Both the position numbers and the translations under genes were made by a program. Shown in pieces: positions 19,683 to 28,506 of a stretch of 64,000 bases of DNA. This DNA comes from Akkermansia muciniphila. Its GTDB lineage: Bacteria > Verrucomicrobiota > Verrucomicrobiia > Verrucomicrobiales > Akkermansiaceae. The stretch spans positions 1,259-65,258 of the forward strand of contig CAMCUY010000003.1 of NCBI GenBank assembly GCA_945879075.1, written 5' to 3'. The first letter of the stretch is position 1. The number at the start of each line of letters is the position of its first letter. A model generated the notes under the pieces. It saw only the letters and a list, made by a program, of their open reading frames with translations, did not search any database and was not told the DNA's origin.

Positions 19683-20612
19683 GTGACCACCCACACCGCG
19701 CCGCTCACTCCCGCCCAGGCGGAAACCCTCCGCCATGTGTTGGAGCGGCAGGGCTATGATTTTGAAACAAAGCCCTACGCCCTGTTCGCCGCGCGCAAGG
19801 GCAAGCTCAACGTGACGGTTTACGAAAAGGGCCCCAAGGTCCTGATCCAGGGCAAGGACACGGAAGACTTCATCCGCTTCACGCTCGAGCCCGAGGTCAC
19901 CGGCGTGGCCAAGTTAGACTACGAGGAAATTCTCGAACCCGACAAATTCGAGCCACACTTCGGCATCGATGAAAGCGGTAAGGGCGACTACTTCGGCCCG
20001 CTCGTCATCGCCGGTGCCTACACGGACGCCATCATCGCCCGCCGCCTGATCGCCGCCGGGATCATGGACTCGAAGCGCGTCACCAGCCCCGCCCGCATCC
20101 GCCAGCTCGCCGCGATCATCCGCGAGACGCCCGGCTGCACCACCGCCGTCGTGTCAATCGGGCCAGAGCGTTACAACACGATGCATGCGTCGTTCAAAAA
20201 CCTCAACCGCCTGCTGGCGTGGGGTCATGCCCGCGTCATCGAAACCCTCGCCGCCGCCCGCCCGGACTGCCCGCGCACGCTCAGCGACCAGTTCGCCCGC
20301 CCCGAGATCCTGCAGCGCGCGCTCAAGGAAAAAGGCCTCACCCTCCAACTCGAGCAACGCACCAAGGGCGAGTCCGACACCGCCGTCGCCGCCGCCTCCA
20401 TCCTTGCCCGCGAGCGATTCATCGACTGGATGGACAAAACCTCCGCCGCCGCCGACATCAAACTGCCGCTCGGGGCATCCGCCGCCGTGGTCCAAGCCGC
20501 CCGCGAACTCGTCGCCCGCGACGGGCCGGAAGTCCTCGGCAAGGTCGCCAAACTCCACTTCAAAACCACCCACGCCGTGCTCGGAACCACTCCGCCGGAT
20601 CCGTGCGATTAG
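19683..20612 (+). CDS. rnhC: Ribonuclease HIII
   Basis: GIDESGKGDYFGPLVIA, IMDSK, DQF, AVAAASILAR, KLHFKT, plus N-terminal TBP-like domain. Confidence 0.93.
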   Translation: MTTHTAPLTPAQAETLRHVLERQGYDFETKPYALFAARKGKLNVTVYEKGPKVLIQGKDTEDFIRFTLEPEVTGVAKLDYEEILEPDKFEPHFGIDESGKGDYFGPLVIAGAYTDAIIARRLIAAGIMDSKRVTSPARIRQLAAIIRETPGCTTAVVSIGPERYNTMHASFKNLNRLLAWGHARVIETLAAARPDCPRTLSDQFARPEILQRALKEKGLTLQLEQRTKGESDTAVAAASILARERFIDWMDKTSAAADIKLPLGASAAVVQAARELVARDGPEVLGKVAKLHFKTTHAVLGTTPPDPCD

Positions 20613-20668
20613 ACATTCCGGTAGAGTCGGTTGCGAATCATTCGCCGGTTTTGCAATTTGTTCCCGCG

Positions 20669-20685
20669 CTGGCACGGAAAGCGCA
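20669..20685 (+). promoter_or_regulatory. Possible sigma54 -24/-12 element upstream of HU
   Basis: CTGGCACGGAAAGCGCA versus consensus YTGGCACGRNNNTTGCW; GG and GC correctly spaced, TT replaced by GC. Confidence 0.35.
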
Positions 20686-20774
20686 TTGAATTAAACGATT
20701 TTTGAGGAGACAAAACCGCATCGCTCGTAGTTTAATCAGCTCGCATCGCTAACCATCAACACTTTCCCACTCCC

Positions 20775-21107
20775 ATGGCCACCATCACCAAACGCGAACT
20801 CGTCATCAAAATCACCGACCACCTCGGCGCCAAGGGACTTGAAATCACCCAGCAAGATGTGCTCGAAGTCGTGCAAGCCCTCATCGATGAAATCACCGAC
20901 TCGCTCGCCCACGGCGACACCGTCGTGATGCGGAATTTCGGCGCGTTCCAAGTCCGGGAGATGAAAGCCAAGATCGGCCGCAACCCGAAAGATCCCGCCA
21001 AGGACGTGCCGATCCCCGCCCGCGCCGCCGTGAAATTCAAGCCGGGCAAGGAGATGAAGGAAAAGGTCGCCACCACCCTCCAAGTCATCCGCGAGCGCAA
21101 GTCGTGA
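20775..21107 (+). CDS. HU/IHF family DNA-binding protein
   Basis: TITKRELV, VVMRNFGAF, GRNPK, IPARAAVKFKPGKEMKE. Confidence 0.95.
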   Translation: MATITKRELVIKITDHLGAKGLEITQQDVLEVVQALIDEITDSLAHGDTVVMRNFGAFQVREMKAKIGRNPKDPAKDVPIPARAAVKFKPGKEMKEKVATTLQVIRERKS

Positions 21108-21622
21108 CCTGCCGCCGCCTGAAAAACCCGTCGCTCCACCTCGCCACAGCTTGCAGCGTGGCGGTTTTTGTTTTCACCTCCTGCGGCGGCTACCGCGGCT
21201 ACATGACGCGCTCCTACAACGAACGCGGCCAGCACTATCAGCCGATGAGCGTCGATGCGGCGCTCGACTACGAGGAGACCGGCACCTGCTCCTGGTATAA
21301 CGAATCCAAGTTCTTCGGCCTGAAGCGCGGCAACACCTCGATCGGCGAGAAAGTGACGCCCTTTGACGTCATCGGAGCCCACAAGACACTGCCCCTGCCC
21401 TGCGTCGTCAAGGTCACCAACGTGGAAAGCGGCAAGTCCACCAAAGTCCGCATCAACGACCGGGGACCTTTCATTCCCGGCCGATTCCTCGACGTCTCGC
21501 CCCGCGCCGCCAAACAACTCGGCTTCTACAGCGAGGGTCTCGCCACCGTGCATCTGAAGGTGATTTCCGTCGGCGACGGCTCCTACAAGCGTAAGAAACG
21601 CAGTTGGTTCTTTTTCTTCTGA
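21104..21622 (+). CDS. rlpA: Septal-ring lytic transglycosylase RlpA family lipoprotein
   Basis: Lipobox FTSC; GTCSWY, AHKTLPLP, VRINDRGPF, LDVSPRAAKQLG. Confidence 0.88.
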   Translation: MTCRRLKNPSLHLATACSVAVFVFTSCGGYRGYMTRSYNERGQHYQPMSVDAALDYEETGTCSWYNESKFFGLKRGNTSIGEKVTPFDVIGAHKTLPLPCVVKVTNVESGKSTKVRINDRGPFIPGRFLDVSPRAAKQLGFYSEGLATVHLKVISVGDGSYKRKKRSWFFFF

Positions 21623-21707
21623 CCGATCACGCGCTCAAAAGTTTCCGGGCTTGAACAACCCGGAGTTCCGCCCGCAAACTCCGCCCGCTCCCCGCGAGCG
21701 CCTCCTT

Positions 21708-22649
21708 ATGTCCAACTCTCCTGAAATTCGCGTGTTCGCCCCCGCCACCGTGGCCAACGTCGCCTGCGGTTACGACGTCCTCGGTTTCGCCATCGACTCA
21801 CCCGGCGATGAGATCGTCGTGCGCTTCAGCGACAAGCCCGGCCTGCACATCACCAAGATCACCGGCGACAACGGTAAGCTCCCGAAAAACCCCGAGCAAA
21901 ACTGCGCCGGCGTCGCCGCGCTCGACCTGCTCAAGCATCTCGGCATGTCCGACCGCGGCATCGAGATGGAGATCCACAAGAAAATGCCCTTCGGCTCCGG
22001 CCTCGGGTCCTCCTCCGCCTCGTCCGTCGCCGGCGCTTTCGCCGTGAACCAACTGATCGGCAACCCGCTCAGTAAAAAACAACTGCTCCCCTTCGCCATG
22101 GCCGGCGAGGCTTCCGCCGACGGTGCCTGGCACGCCGACAACGTCGCACCGTGCCTCTTCGGCGGCATCGTTTTCATCCGCTCCAACGACGAGCTCGACT
22201 TCGCGCAGATCCCCGCGCCCAAAAACCTGTGGGCCGCCGTCGTCCACCCCGACATCGAGATCCTCACCAAAGTCGCCCGCGAGATCCTGCCCAAGGAAAT
22301 CCCGCTCGAAAACGCCACCCAGCAGATCGGCAACCTCGGTGGCCTTCTCTGCGGCCTCATTCAGGAAGACTACGGCCTCATCTCCCGCTCTATCCACGAC
22401 GTCATCGCTGAGCCGCGCCGCCAGAAACTCATCCCCGAGTTCTATCGGGCCAAGCGTGCCGCCCTTGCCGCCGGAGCCCTCGGCTTTTCCATCTCCGGTG
22501 CCGGCCCCTCCGTTTTCGCGCTTTGCGAAGGCGAGGAAACCGCCCGCAAAGTCGCCGACGCCGTCAGCAAAGTCTTCTCCGCGATCCCCATCGAAAACCA
22601 AGCCTACGTCTCGCGGATCAATCCGCACGGCGTACATGTCATCGAGTAA
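21708..22649 (+). CDS. thrB: Homoserine kinase (GHMP family)
   Basis: APATVANVACGYDVLG, PFGSGLGSSSAS, HADNVAP, ISGAGPS. Confidence 0.95.
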   Translation: MSNSPEIRVFAPATVANVACGYDVLGFAIDSPGDEIVVRFSDKPGLHITKITGDNGKLPKNPEQNCAGVAALDLLKHLGMSDRGIEMEIHKKMPFGSGLGSSSASSVAGAFAVNQLIGNPLSKKQLLPFAMAGEASADGAWHADNVAPCLFGGIVFIRSNDELDFAQIPAPKNLWAAVVHPDIEILTKVAREILPKEIPLENATQQIGNLGGLLCGLIQEDYGLISRSIHDVIAEPRRQKLIPEFYRAKRAALAAGALGFSISGAGPSVFALCEGEETARKVADAVSKVFSAIPIENQAYVSRINPHGVHVIE

Positions 22650-22686
22650 TCAGGGTGTCAGCCTTCATCGCTTCCTCGAAGCTGAT

Positions 22687-22770
22687 GGTTTTGCCTTGGC
22701 TGTCCCCCTCTCGTTGATGATCCTGCTGACGGTGACTGCCGTGGGCTTGCTGAGCCTCCCGGCGGTATCA
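22687..22770 (+). pseudogene. Remnant of a PilX/pilin-like N-terminal helix gene (Verrucomicrobia type)
   Basis: Reads GFALAVPLSLMILLTVTAVGLLSL with no in-frame ATG upstream and no downstream body. Confidence 0.55.
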
Positions 22771-24246
22771 GTCCTTCCGTTTCAGTAGCGGAAACAACAC
22801 CACGTCGCGGATGGTCGGCGCGCCGGTTAGCATCATGCAGAGCCGGTCCAGGCCGATGCCGATACCGCCGGCGGGCGGCATGCCGCATTCGAGGGTTTCG
22901 ATGAAATCATAGTCGATCTTCTGAGTTTCCTCGCCAGACTGGGCTTCAAGGCGCTGCCGCTGGACGTCGGGGTCGTTGAGCTCGGAGTAGCCGGGGGAAA
23001 TTTCCTGACCGTTGATGATGAGCTCGTAAACCTCGACGGTCTGGCCGTCGGGGCTGATCTTGGCGAGTGGCACCAGCTCGCTGGAGACGCGAGTGACGAA
23101 GCACGGGTCGAAGGTTTTCTCTTCCACCAGCTTTTCAAATACCTGTTGGATGACTTCGTGATCTTCCATGTTTTCGGAAATCTGCACGCCTTTTTCCTCG
23201 CAGCGGGCGCGGCGGCCGGCGGCGTCGATCTCGAAGAAATCCTCACCGGCGGCGAGCTTGATGAGGTCGTGATAGCTGGCGCGCTTCCACGGGCGGGCGA
23301 GGTTGATGGTGCGGGTGAGATTGCCGTCCTCGTCCTTGTGCTCGATCTGCAAGCCGCCGCAGAATTTTTCGGCGAGGTGGCAGGTCAGTTCCTCGACGAG
23401 GTCGGCCATCTCCTCGAAATCGGAGAACGCCCAATATGCCTCAAGCATCGTGAACTCCGGATTGTGTCGGCGGGAAATCCCCTCGTTGCGGAAGCTGCGG
23501 TTGAGTTCGAAAATCTTGGTGAAGCCGCCGACTAACAATCGCTTGAGGAAAAGCTCCGGCGCGATCCGCAGGGTCAGCGGCATGCCGAGCGCATTGTGAT
23601 AGGTCTCGAACGGCCGCGCCGCTGCTCCGCCGGCGACGTCCTGGAGCATCGGGGTTTCCACTTCGAGGAAGCCACGGTCTTGGAGAAAGCGGCGGATTTC
23701 CGCGATCATCAGCGAGCGCTTCACGAACAGCGCCGCGCTATCAGGATTCCCCATCAGGTCGAGGTGGCGCTTGCGGTATTTGATCTCGCGGTCCGCCACG
23801 CCGTGCCACTTGTCGGGCATCGGCCGCAGCGATTTGGAGAGCACGGTGAATTTCTCCATCTTGATCGTCGGCTCGCCGGTCTTGGTGAGAAAGGTCTCGC
23901 CCTCGATGCCGATCCAGTCGCCGCGGTCGAGGCACTTCCAGGCGGCCACTCCGGTTTCATCGAGCGCCTTGACGTTCATATAGCCCTGGATGCTGCCGTG
24001 GACGTCGGAGAGCGCGAAAAAACAGGATTTACCCATGTCGCGCAGCGCGGTGATGCGACCGGCCACTTTCACTTGCAGGCCTTCGGCGAAATTCGCGCGA
24101 AGATCGGCGGGCGTGGTCGAAACTTCAAAACGCGCGCCGAACGGATCGATCCCGAGTTCGCGGAGTTTGGCGAGCTTCTCGCGGCGGATGGCGATCAGGT
24201 CTGCTTCGGTGGATTGCGGCTGCTGCGGGGTGACGGCTTCACTCAT
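22768..24246 (-). CDS. lysS: Lysine--tRNA ligase (class II)
   Basis: RDMGKSCF, FLEVETPML, LRIAPELFLKRLLVGG, FRNEG, HNPEFTMLE, GIGLDRL; ATG at 24246. Confidence 0.98.
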   Translation of the reverse strand: MSEAVTPQQPQSTEADLIAIRREKLAKLRELGIDPFGARFEVSTTPADLRANFAEGLQVKVAGRITALRDMGKSCFFALSDVHGSIQGYMNVKALDETGVAAWKCLDRGDWIGIEGETFLTKTGEPTIKMEKFTVLSKSLRPMPDKWHGVADREIKYRKRHLDLMGNPDSAALFVKRSLMIAEIRRFLQDRGFLEVETPMLQDVAGGAAARPFETYHNALGMPLTLRIAPELFLKRLLVGGFTKIFELNRSFRNEGISRRHNPEFTMLEAYWAFSDFEEMADLVEELTCHLAEKFCGGLQIEHKDEDGNLTRTINLARPWKRASYHDLIKLAAGEDFFEIDAAGRRARCEEKGVQISENMEDHEVIQQVFEKLVEEKTFDPCFVTRVSSELVPLAKISPDGQTVEVYELIINGQEISPGYSELNDPDVQRQRLEAQSGEETQKIDYDFIETLECGMPPAGGIGIGLDRLCMMLTGAPTIRDVVLFPLLKRKD

Positions 24247-24796
24247 GTCGGGCACCGGAGTAGGCGGCGGGCGGGTGACCCGCAAGAGTTGAAACGGGAT
24301 CGCCGCGATAATTCTCATTCCGGTGCGATTATTTCGCACGGGACAACATGGCGGTTTCGCCCCGGACAAGCTGCCGGATGCCTTATTTTCAGGGATTTCA
24401 CGACCCGCCGGCTACTGAAGGAACCGAGTCGTGGCGGCTGTGCGAATGCATGGAAGGCTGGACCGCCCGGTTGATCGCGGCCGGGGCGCTCTTGCTCCGT
24501 TTCGGCTACGCCGTGATACTGCCGCTTTACGATGCGGGAGTCATCGAGTGTGTCTCGTCGGCGGGTTACTGCCACAGCAGCGCCACCGCATTTCATCGAT
24601 GGCGATTTCCTCGCCGCCATCGGCCCGGCCGGGATCAACCTGACTTACGCGCTGCCGCTCACATTCGGCCTCGCCGGGACCGTCCGGGGCTCATAGGGCC
24701 ACGAGTGCTGGCTGAAAGAGGAAACCCGCTGAACGACCGCGGCCGCTAGAAATTTCGCATGGTCGAAAGCGGGCATCGGTGCTACCTGTCCCGCGG

Positions 24797-26098
24797 ATGT
24801 TTGAAGTCAGAGAAAAGCCGGACATGATCGAGCGCGCCTTGCTGGTGCGCTTCTATTTCGAGACGCACGAGGCGACCGAGGCGGAATCCCTGCTCGAAGA
24901 ACTCGGCGAACTCGTCAAAACCCTCGGCGTCGAAGTCGTCGAGTCGGTGCTCTGCCGCAGCCGCGAGAAGCACAGGAAATTCCTCTGCGGCACCGGCAAA
25001 GCCGCCGAAATGGTCGAGCTCGCCCGCGCCCACGAGTGCGACGTCATCGTCATCGACAACGGCCTCGCTCCCTCCCAACAGCGCGAGTGGGAAAAACTCG
25101 CCGACCTCTGCGTGATCGACCGCGAGGAAGTCATCCTCGATATTTTCGCCAAGCGCGCCCAGACCCGGGAAGCCCGCCTCCAGGTCGAGCTCGCCCGCAT
25201 GCAATACGCCCTCCCCCGCCTCGCACGGATGTGGGGCCACCTCGACCGCGAATCCGCCGGCTCCGGCGGCGGTGCGGGCGGCGGCGCGTCCCGCGGCATG
25301 GGCGAGAAGCAGATCGAGGTGGACCGCCGTCTCGCCTATCAGGTCATCGACCGCGCCAAGCGCGAAATCGAAGTCGTCCGCAAGCAGCGCAAGACCCAGC
25401 GCAAGGAGCGCGAGAAATTCGAGACCCCGCACGCCGCCATCGTCGGCTACACCAACGCCGGGAAATCGACGATGCTCAACATTCTCAGCGGTGCCGACGT
25501 GATGGCCAAGGACATGCTCTTTGCCACCCTCGACACCACCACCCGCCGCATCGAGCTGCCGGATGGCCAGCCGCTCCTCATCACCGACACCGTCGGATTC
25601 GTTAGGAACCTCCCCCACCGCCTCATCGAGGCGTTCAAGGCCACGCTCGAAGAAGCCGCCCTCGCGGATTTCCTCATCCACGTGCTCGACGCCACCTCGC
25701 CGGAAATCGACCGGCTCCACGACACCACGCTCGAAGTCCTCGCAGAGCTCGGGGCCGGGGACAAGCCTACCATCACCGTCCTCAACAAAATCGACCGAGT
25801 CACCGATTCGTTCGTGCTCATCGCGCTGGACAAGAAATTTCCCGGCGCACTCCACGCCTCCGCCGTCACCGGACTCGGCTTGGAAGAACTGCTCAAAATT
25901 TGCAGCCAGGTCCTCGCCGACCGCGTCCGCCACCAGGAATACCGCATTCCTCAAAGCCGCGCCGACCTCGTCAGCCTGCTCCACCGCGAGGCCAAGGTGC
26001 TCTCCACCGACTACGACGGGGACGACATCCTCGTCAGTGCCGTCGTTCCCGCCGCCATCGCCGGGCGGCTTGAATCCTTCGCCGCCGTCCCCGCCTAA
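24797..26098 (+). CDS. hflX: GTPase HflX
   Basis: QVELARMQY, GYTNAGKS, LFATLDTT, DTVGF, NKID. Confidence 0.97.
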   Translation: MFEVREKPDMIERALLVRFYFETHEATEAESLLEELGELVKTLGVEVVESVLCRSREKHRKFLCGTGKAAEMVELARAHECDVIVIDNGLAPSQQREWEKLADLCVIDREEVILDIFAKRAQTREARLQVELARMQYALPRLARMWGHLDRESAGSGGGAGGGASRGMGEKQIEVDRRLAYQVIDRAKREIEVVRKQRKTQRKEREKFETPHAAIVGYTNAGKSTMLNILSGADVMAKDMLFATLDTTTRRIELPDGQPLLITDTVGFVRNLPHRLIEAFKATLEEAALADFLIHVLDATSPEIDRLHDTTLEVLAELGAGDKPTITVLNKIDRVTDSFVLIALDKKFPGALHASAVTGLGLEELLKICSQVLADRVRHQEYRIPQSRADLVSLLHREAKVLSTDYDGDDILVSAVVPAAIAGRLESFAAVPA

Positions 26099-26118
26099 TT
26101 TCCATCCGAGTCCATTCC

Positions 26119-27315
26119 ATGTTCCGCTTCATTCTTCCGACCTTCATGGCGCTCACCACGCTCGTTCCAGCCCAACAAACCCCGCCGACCGCGCGCCCGG
26201 TCCTCCGCGCCCTGCCACTCGGCGGCGACGACGACCTCAATTCCCAACCGCCCCCCACGGCCGATCCGGTGGCGCCCACCGCGGCACCCGTCATCGTTAG
26301 ACCCGCGCCTCCGGTCGCCCAGGCGAGCCCCATCGAAACCGTTTCCACGCCCTCGCCGCTGGAGGTGAAACCCATCGGCGACGATGCCGTGCGCCTCCAG
26401 ATTTTCCTCGATGAGGCGAAATTCGGCCCCGGCGTCATCGACGGCAGACCCGGTCAATTCACCGAACTCGCCGTGCAATCCTGGAACGAGGTCAACGGCT
26501 ATCCGATTTCCGACTGGGTCGCCATCAACACGGCCGCCCGCAAAGCCGTCCCGAATCCGCTCGCCATCGCCATCGTCCCCGACATCTCGACCGCCTGGGT
26601 GGACACGTCCCTGCCGACGAAGAAAGCCCTGCAGGCCACCCGCAAACGCATGAGCTACCGCAGCCACGCCGAATTCATGTCCGAGCGCTACCACACCGAC
26701 ATCCCCTACCTCACCGTCCTCAACGGCAGTTCGAAAATCAACAATCTCAAACCGCGCGACACCATCATCGTGCCGAACGTGCGCCCCTTCATCATCGAGA
26801 ACCTAACCGGGGCCGGCTACAAAACCGACGAATCCATGAGCCAGCGCCACGCCGTCGTGGACACCAAGATCAACCAGGTCCGCATCTTCGAAGCGGCGCC
26901 CGCCGCCCTCGTCGTGGCGGAGCCCGGCACCACCACCATTTCCACGGCCACCCGACCTAACCGCGGGCTCATCGCCTCGTTTCCCATCACTCCGGGCAAA
27001 CCCCAGTTTATCAAATTCGGCACCTGGGAGGTTAGGAATTCCGTCGAGCTCCCGCACTGGCGCTATGACCAGAAACTCCTCGACACCGGAAAACGCAGCT
27101 CCGACTCCGAAGCGCTCAACATCCCGCCCGGCCCCAACAGCCCGGTCGGCATCTTCTGGTGCGGCCTTAGCAAGCCCGGCATCGGCCTCCACGGCACCTC
27201 CGATCCGGAGACCATCGGCCGCGCCCGCAGCTCCGGCTGCATCCGCCTCGCCAACTGGGACGCCATCCGCCTGCCCACGCTCATCCGCCCCGGCACCACG
27301 GTGGAAATCCGCTAG
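26119..27315 (+). CDS. L,D-transpeptidase (YkuD family) with PG-binding-like and LysM-like segments
   Basis: Signal peptide; LQIFLD..FGPGVIDG; IGLHGT...SSGCIRLANWD catalytic motif. Confidence 0.9.
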   Translation: MFRFILPTFMALTTLVPAQQTPPTARPVLRALPLGGDDDLNSQPPPTADPVAPTAAPVIVRPAPPVAQASPIETVSTPSPLEVKPIGDDAVRLQIFLDEAKFGPGVIDGRPGQFTELAVQSWNEVNGYPISDWVAINTAARKAVPNPLAIAIVPDISTAWVDTSLPTKKALQATRKRMSYRSHAEFMSERYHTDIPYLTVLNGSSKINNLKPRDTIIVPNVRPFIIENLTGAGYKTDESMSQRHAVVDTKINQVRIFEAAPAALVVAEPGTTTISTATRPNRGLIASFPITPGKPQFIKFGTWEVRNSVELPHWRYDQKLLDTGKRSSDSEALNIPPGPNSPVGIFWCGLSKPGIGLHGTSDPETIGRARSSGCIRLANWDAIRLPTLIRPGTTVEIR

Positions 27316-27338
27316 CAGCGCACCACCCTTGCCAACGA

Positions 27339-27640
27339 TCAGTTGGCGGGGATGTACTTGACGTCCTCGGGGAGCTTCGCGATCAGATAGGCGGTGACTT
27401 CGGCGATCTGCTTGGGATTGAGCGTCTGGCCCCAGGCTTGCATCTTCGCGCCGTTGTGGCCGGTGCTTTCCGGCGGCGAGCCTTCATTGATGAGCTTGAA
27501 GATCTCCATCGGTTTGCCGCCGAATTTCCACTGCTTATCGTTGAGCGGCAGGCCGGGGAGCGGGATCTTGTTAGCACCGACGATCATTGCGCCACTCAAG
27601 TCGGCGGCGTGGCAGGCGGAGCAGTTGGTGAGGCAGGTCG
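27339..27640 (-). pseudogene. 5'-truncated c-type cytochrome (cbb3 CcoP-like C-terminal domain)
   Basis: CSACH at 27609-27623, LNDKQWKFGG, distal Met in KMQAWG; no signal peptide or membrane anchor upstream. Confidence 0.7.
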
Positions 27641-27990
27641 CCTCGTGGGTGGTGTCGAGGAGTGCCGGATTCTGCTGCATGAATGAATTCATATCACTCA
27701 AGATCAACACTTTGCAGTGGTTTTTTATTCCTCAGTAAATTGAGCGAATGGCTGATAGCTATCTGATAAATACAGGTATAGAAAGCGGAGTTGCCCTTGA
27801 ACTTTCTGAGCGACTGATAAGCCGCGGGCGAAGATATCCTGAAGCAAATCATGCGTGCCCTCATTGTGGGAGGTCATGTTGTAGACGAAGCCGCATAGCT
27901 TGTCGTCGTACTTGAGGATCAGGGCGTCGAAAGCGCGCGTATCTCCCTGTTGGGCACGCGTGCCAAGGCCCTCTTCAGGGCCGGGGGGCT
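27641..27990 (-). pseudogene. Frameshifted ECF sigma factor, 5' half
   Basis: RAQQGDTRAFDALILKY...HDLLQDIFAR, then one extra base (~27823), then AYQSLRKFKGNSAFYTCIYQIAISHSLNLLR (sigma region 2). Confidence 0.8.
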
Positions 27991-28154
27991 TGACTGACGT
28001 AACATGAAGGGGGGTGGGGTAAACAGCGGAATCAGTCCACACCGCCGCCGCATGATGTAAAGAAGCGTGAAAACAACGGCTTGAAATTCCGGATTCCCCC
28101 CGTCGAAATGAACGTTCGCCTTTTCCGTTCCGTATGATTTTCTCGGTGGCAGCC

Positions 28155-28496
28155 ATGGCCACCTTCACCGCAAACGCCGACTACGAGGACAAGGACAGCA
28201 ATCCCATCCATTTGAAACCCGGAGACGAAGTCACCGTCGGCCTCGCCGACCGAGCGTGGCCCGGCTGGGTGTGGGCGACCGACAATGAGGGCAACGACGG
28301 CTACGTTCCGGAGGAAATCCTCGAACCGCTCGGCGAGGGACGTTACGCCACCCTTGAAACCTACGATCCCACCGTGCTCACCATCAAGCGCGGCGACCGC
28401 CTGAAATCGCTCCGCCACATCCACGGCTGGCACTGGTGCAGGAACGAGCGCGGAGAGGAAGGCTGGGTCGGCGGGTATTTGCTCAAGCCGGCATGA
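28155..28496 (+). CDS. Small protein with two tandem SH3-like domains
   Basis: ADY...LKPGDEV...WPGWVW...GYVP and YDPTVLTIKRGD...GWHWC...GWV; no signal peptide. Confidence 0.8.
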   Translation: MATFTANADYEDKDSNPIHLKPGDEVTVGLADRAWPGWVWATDNEGNDGYVPEEILEPLGEGRYATLETYDPTVLTIKRGDRLKSLRHIHGWHWCRNERGEEGWVGGYLLKPA

Positions 28497-28506
28497 AATT
28501 TCCAGT

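Noticed and set aside
25255-25295. Gly-rich stretch in HflX (GSGGGAGGGASRG)
   Set aside because: A Gly-rich loop is normal at this position in HflX.
27725-28168. 147-aa ORF as an intact protein
   Set aside because: Only its middle matches an ECF sigma factor; the similarity continues in another frame, so it is treated as a pseudogene.
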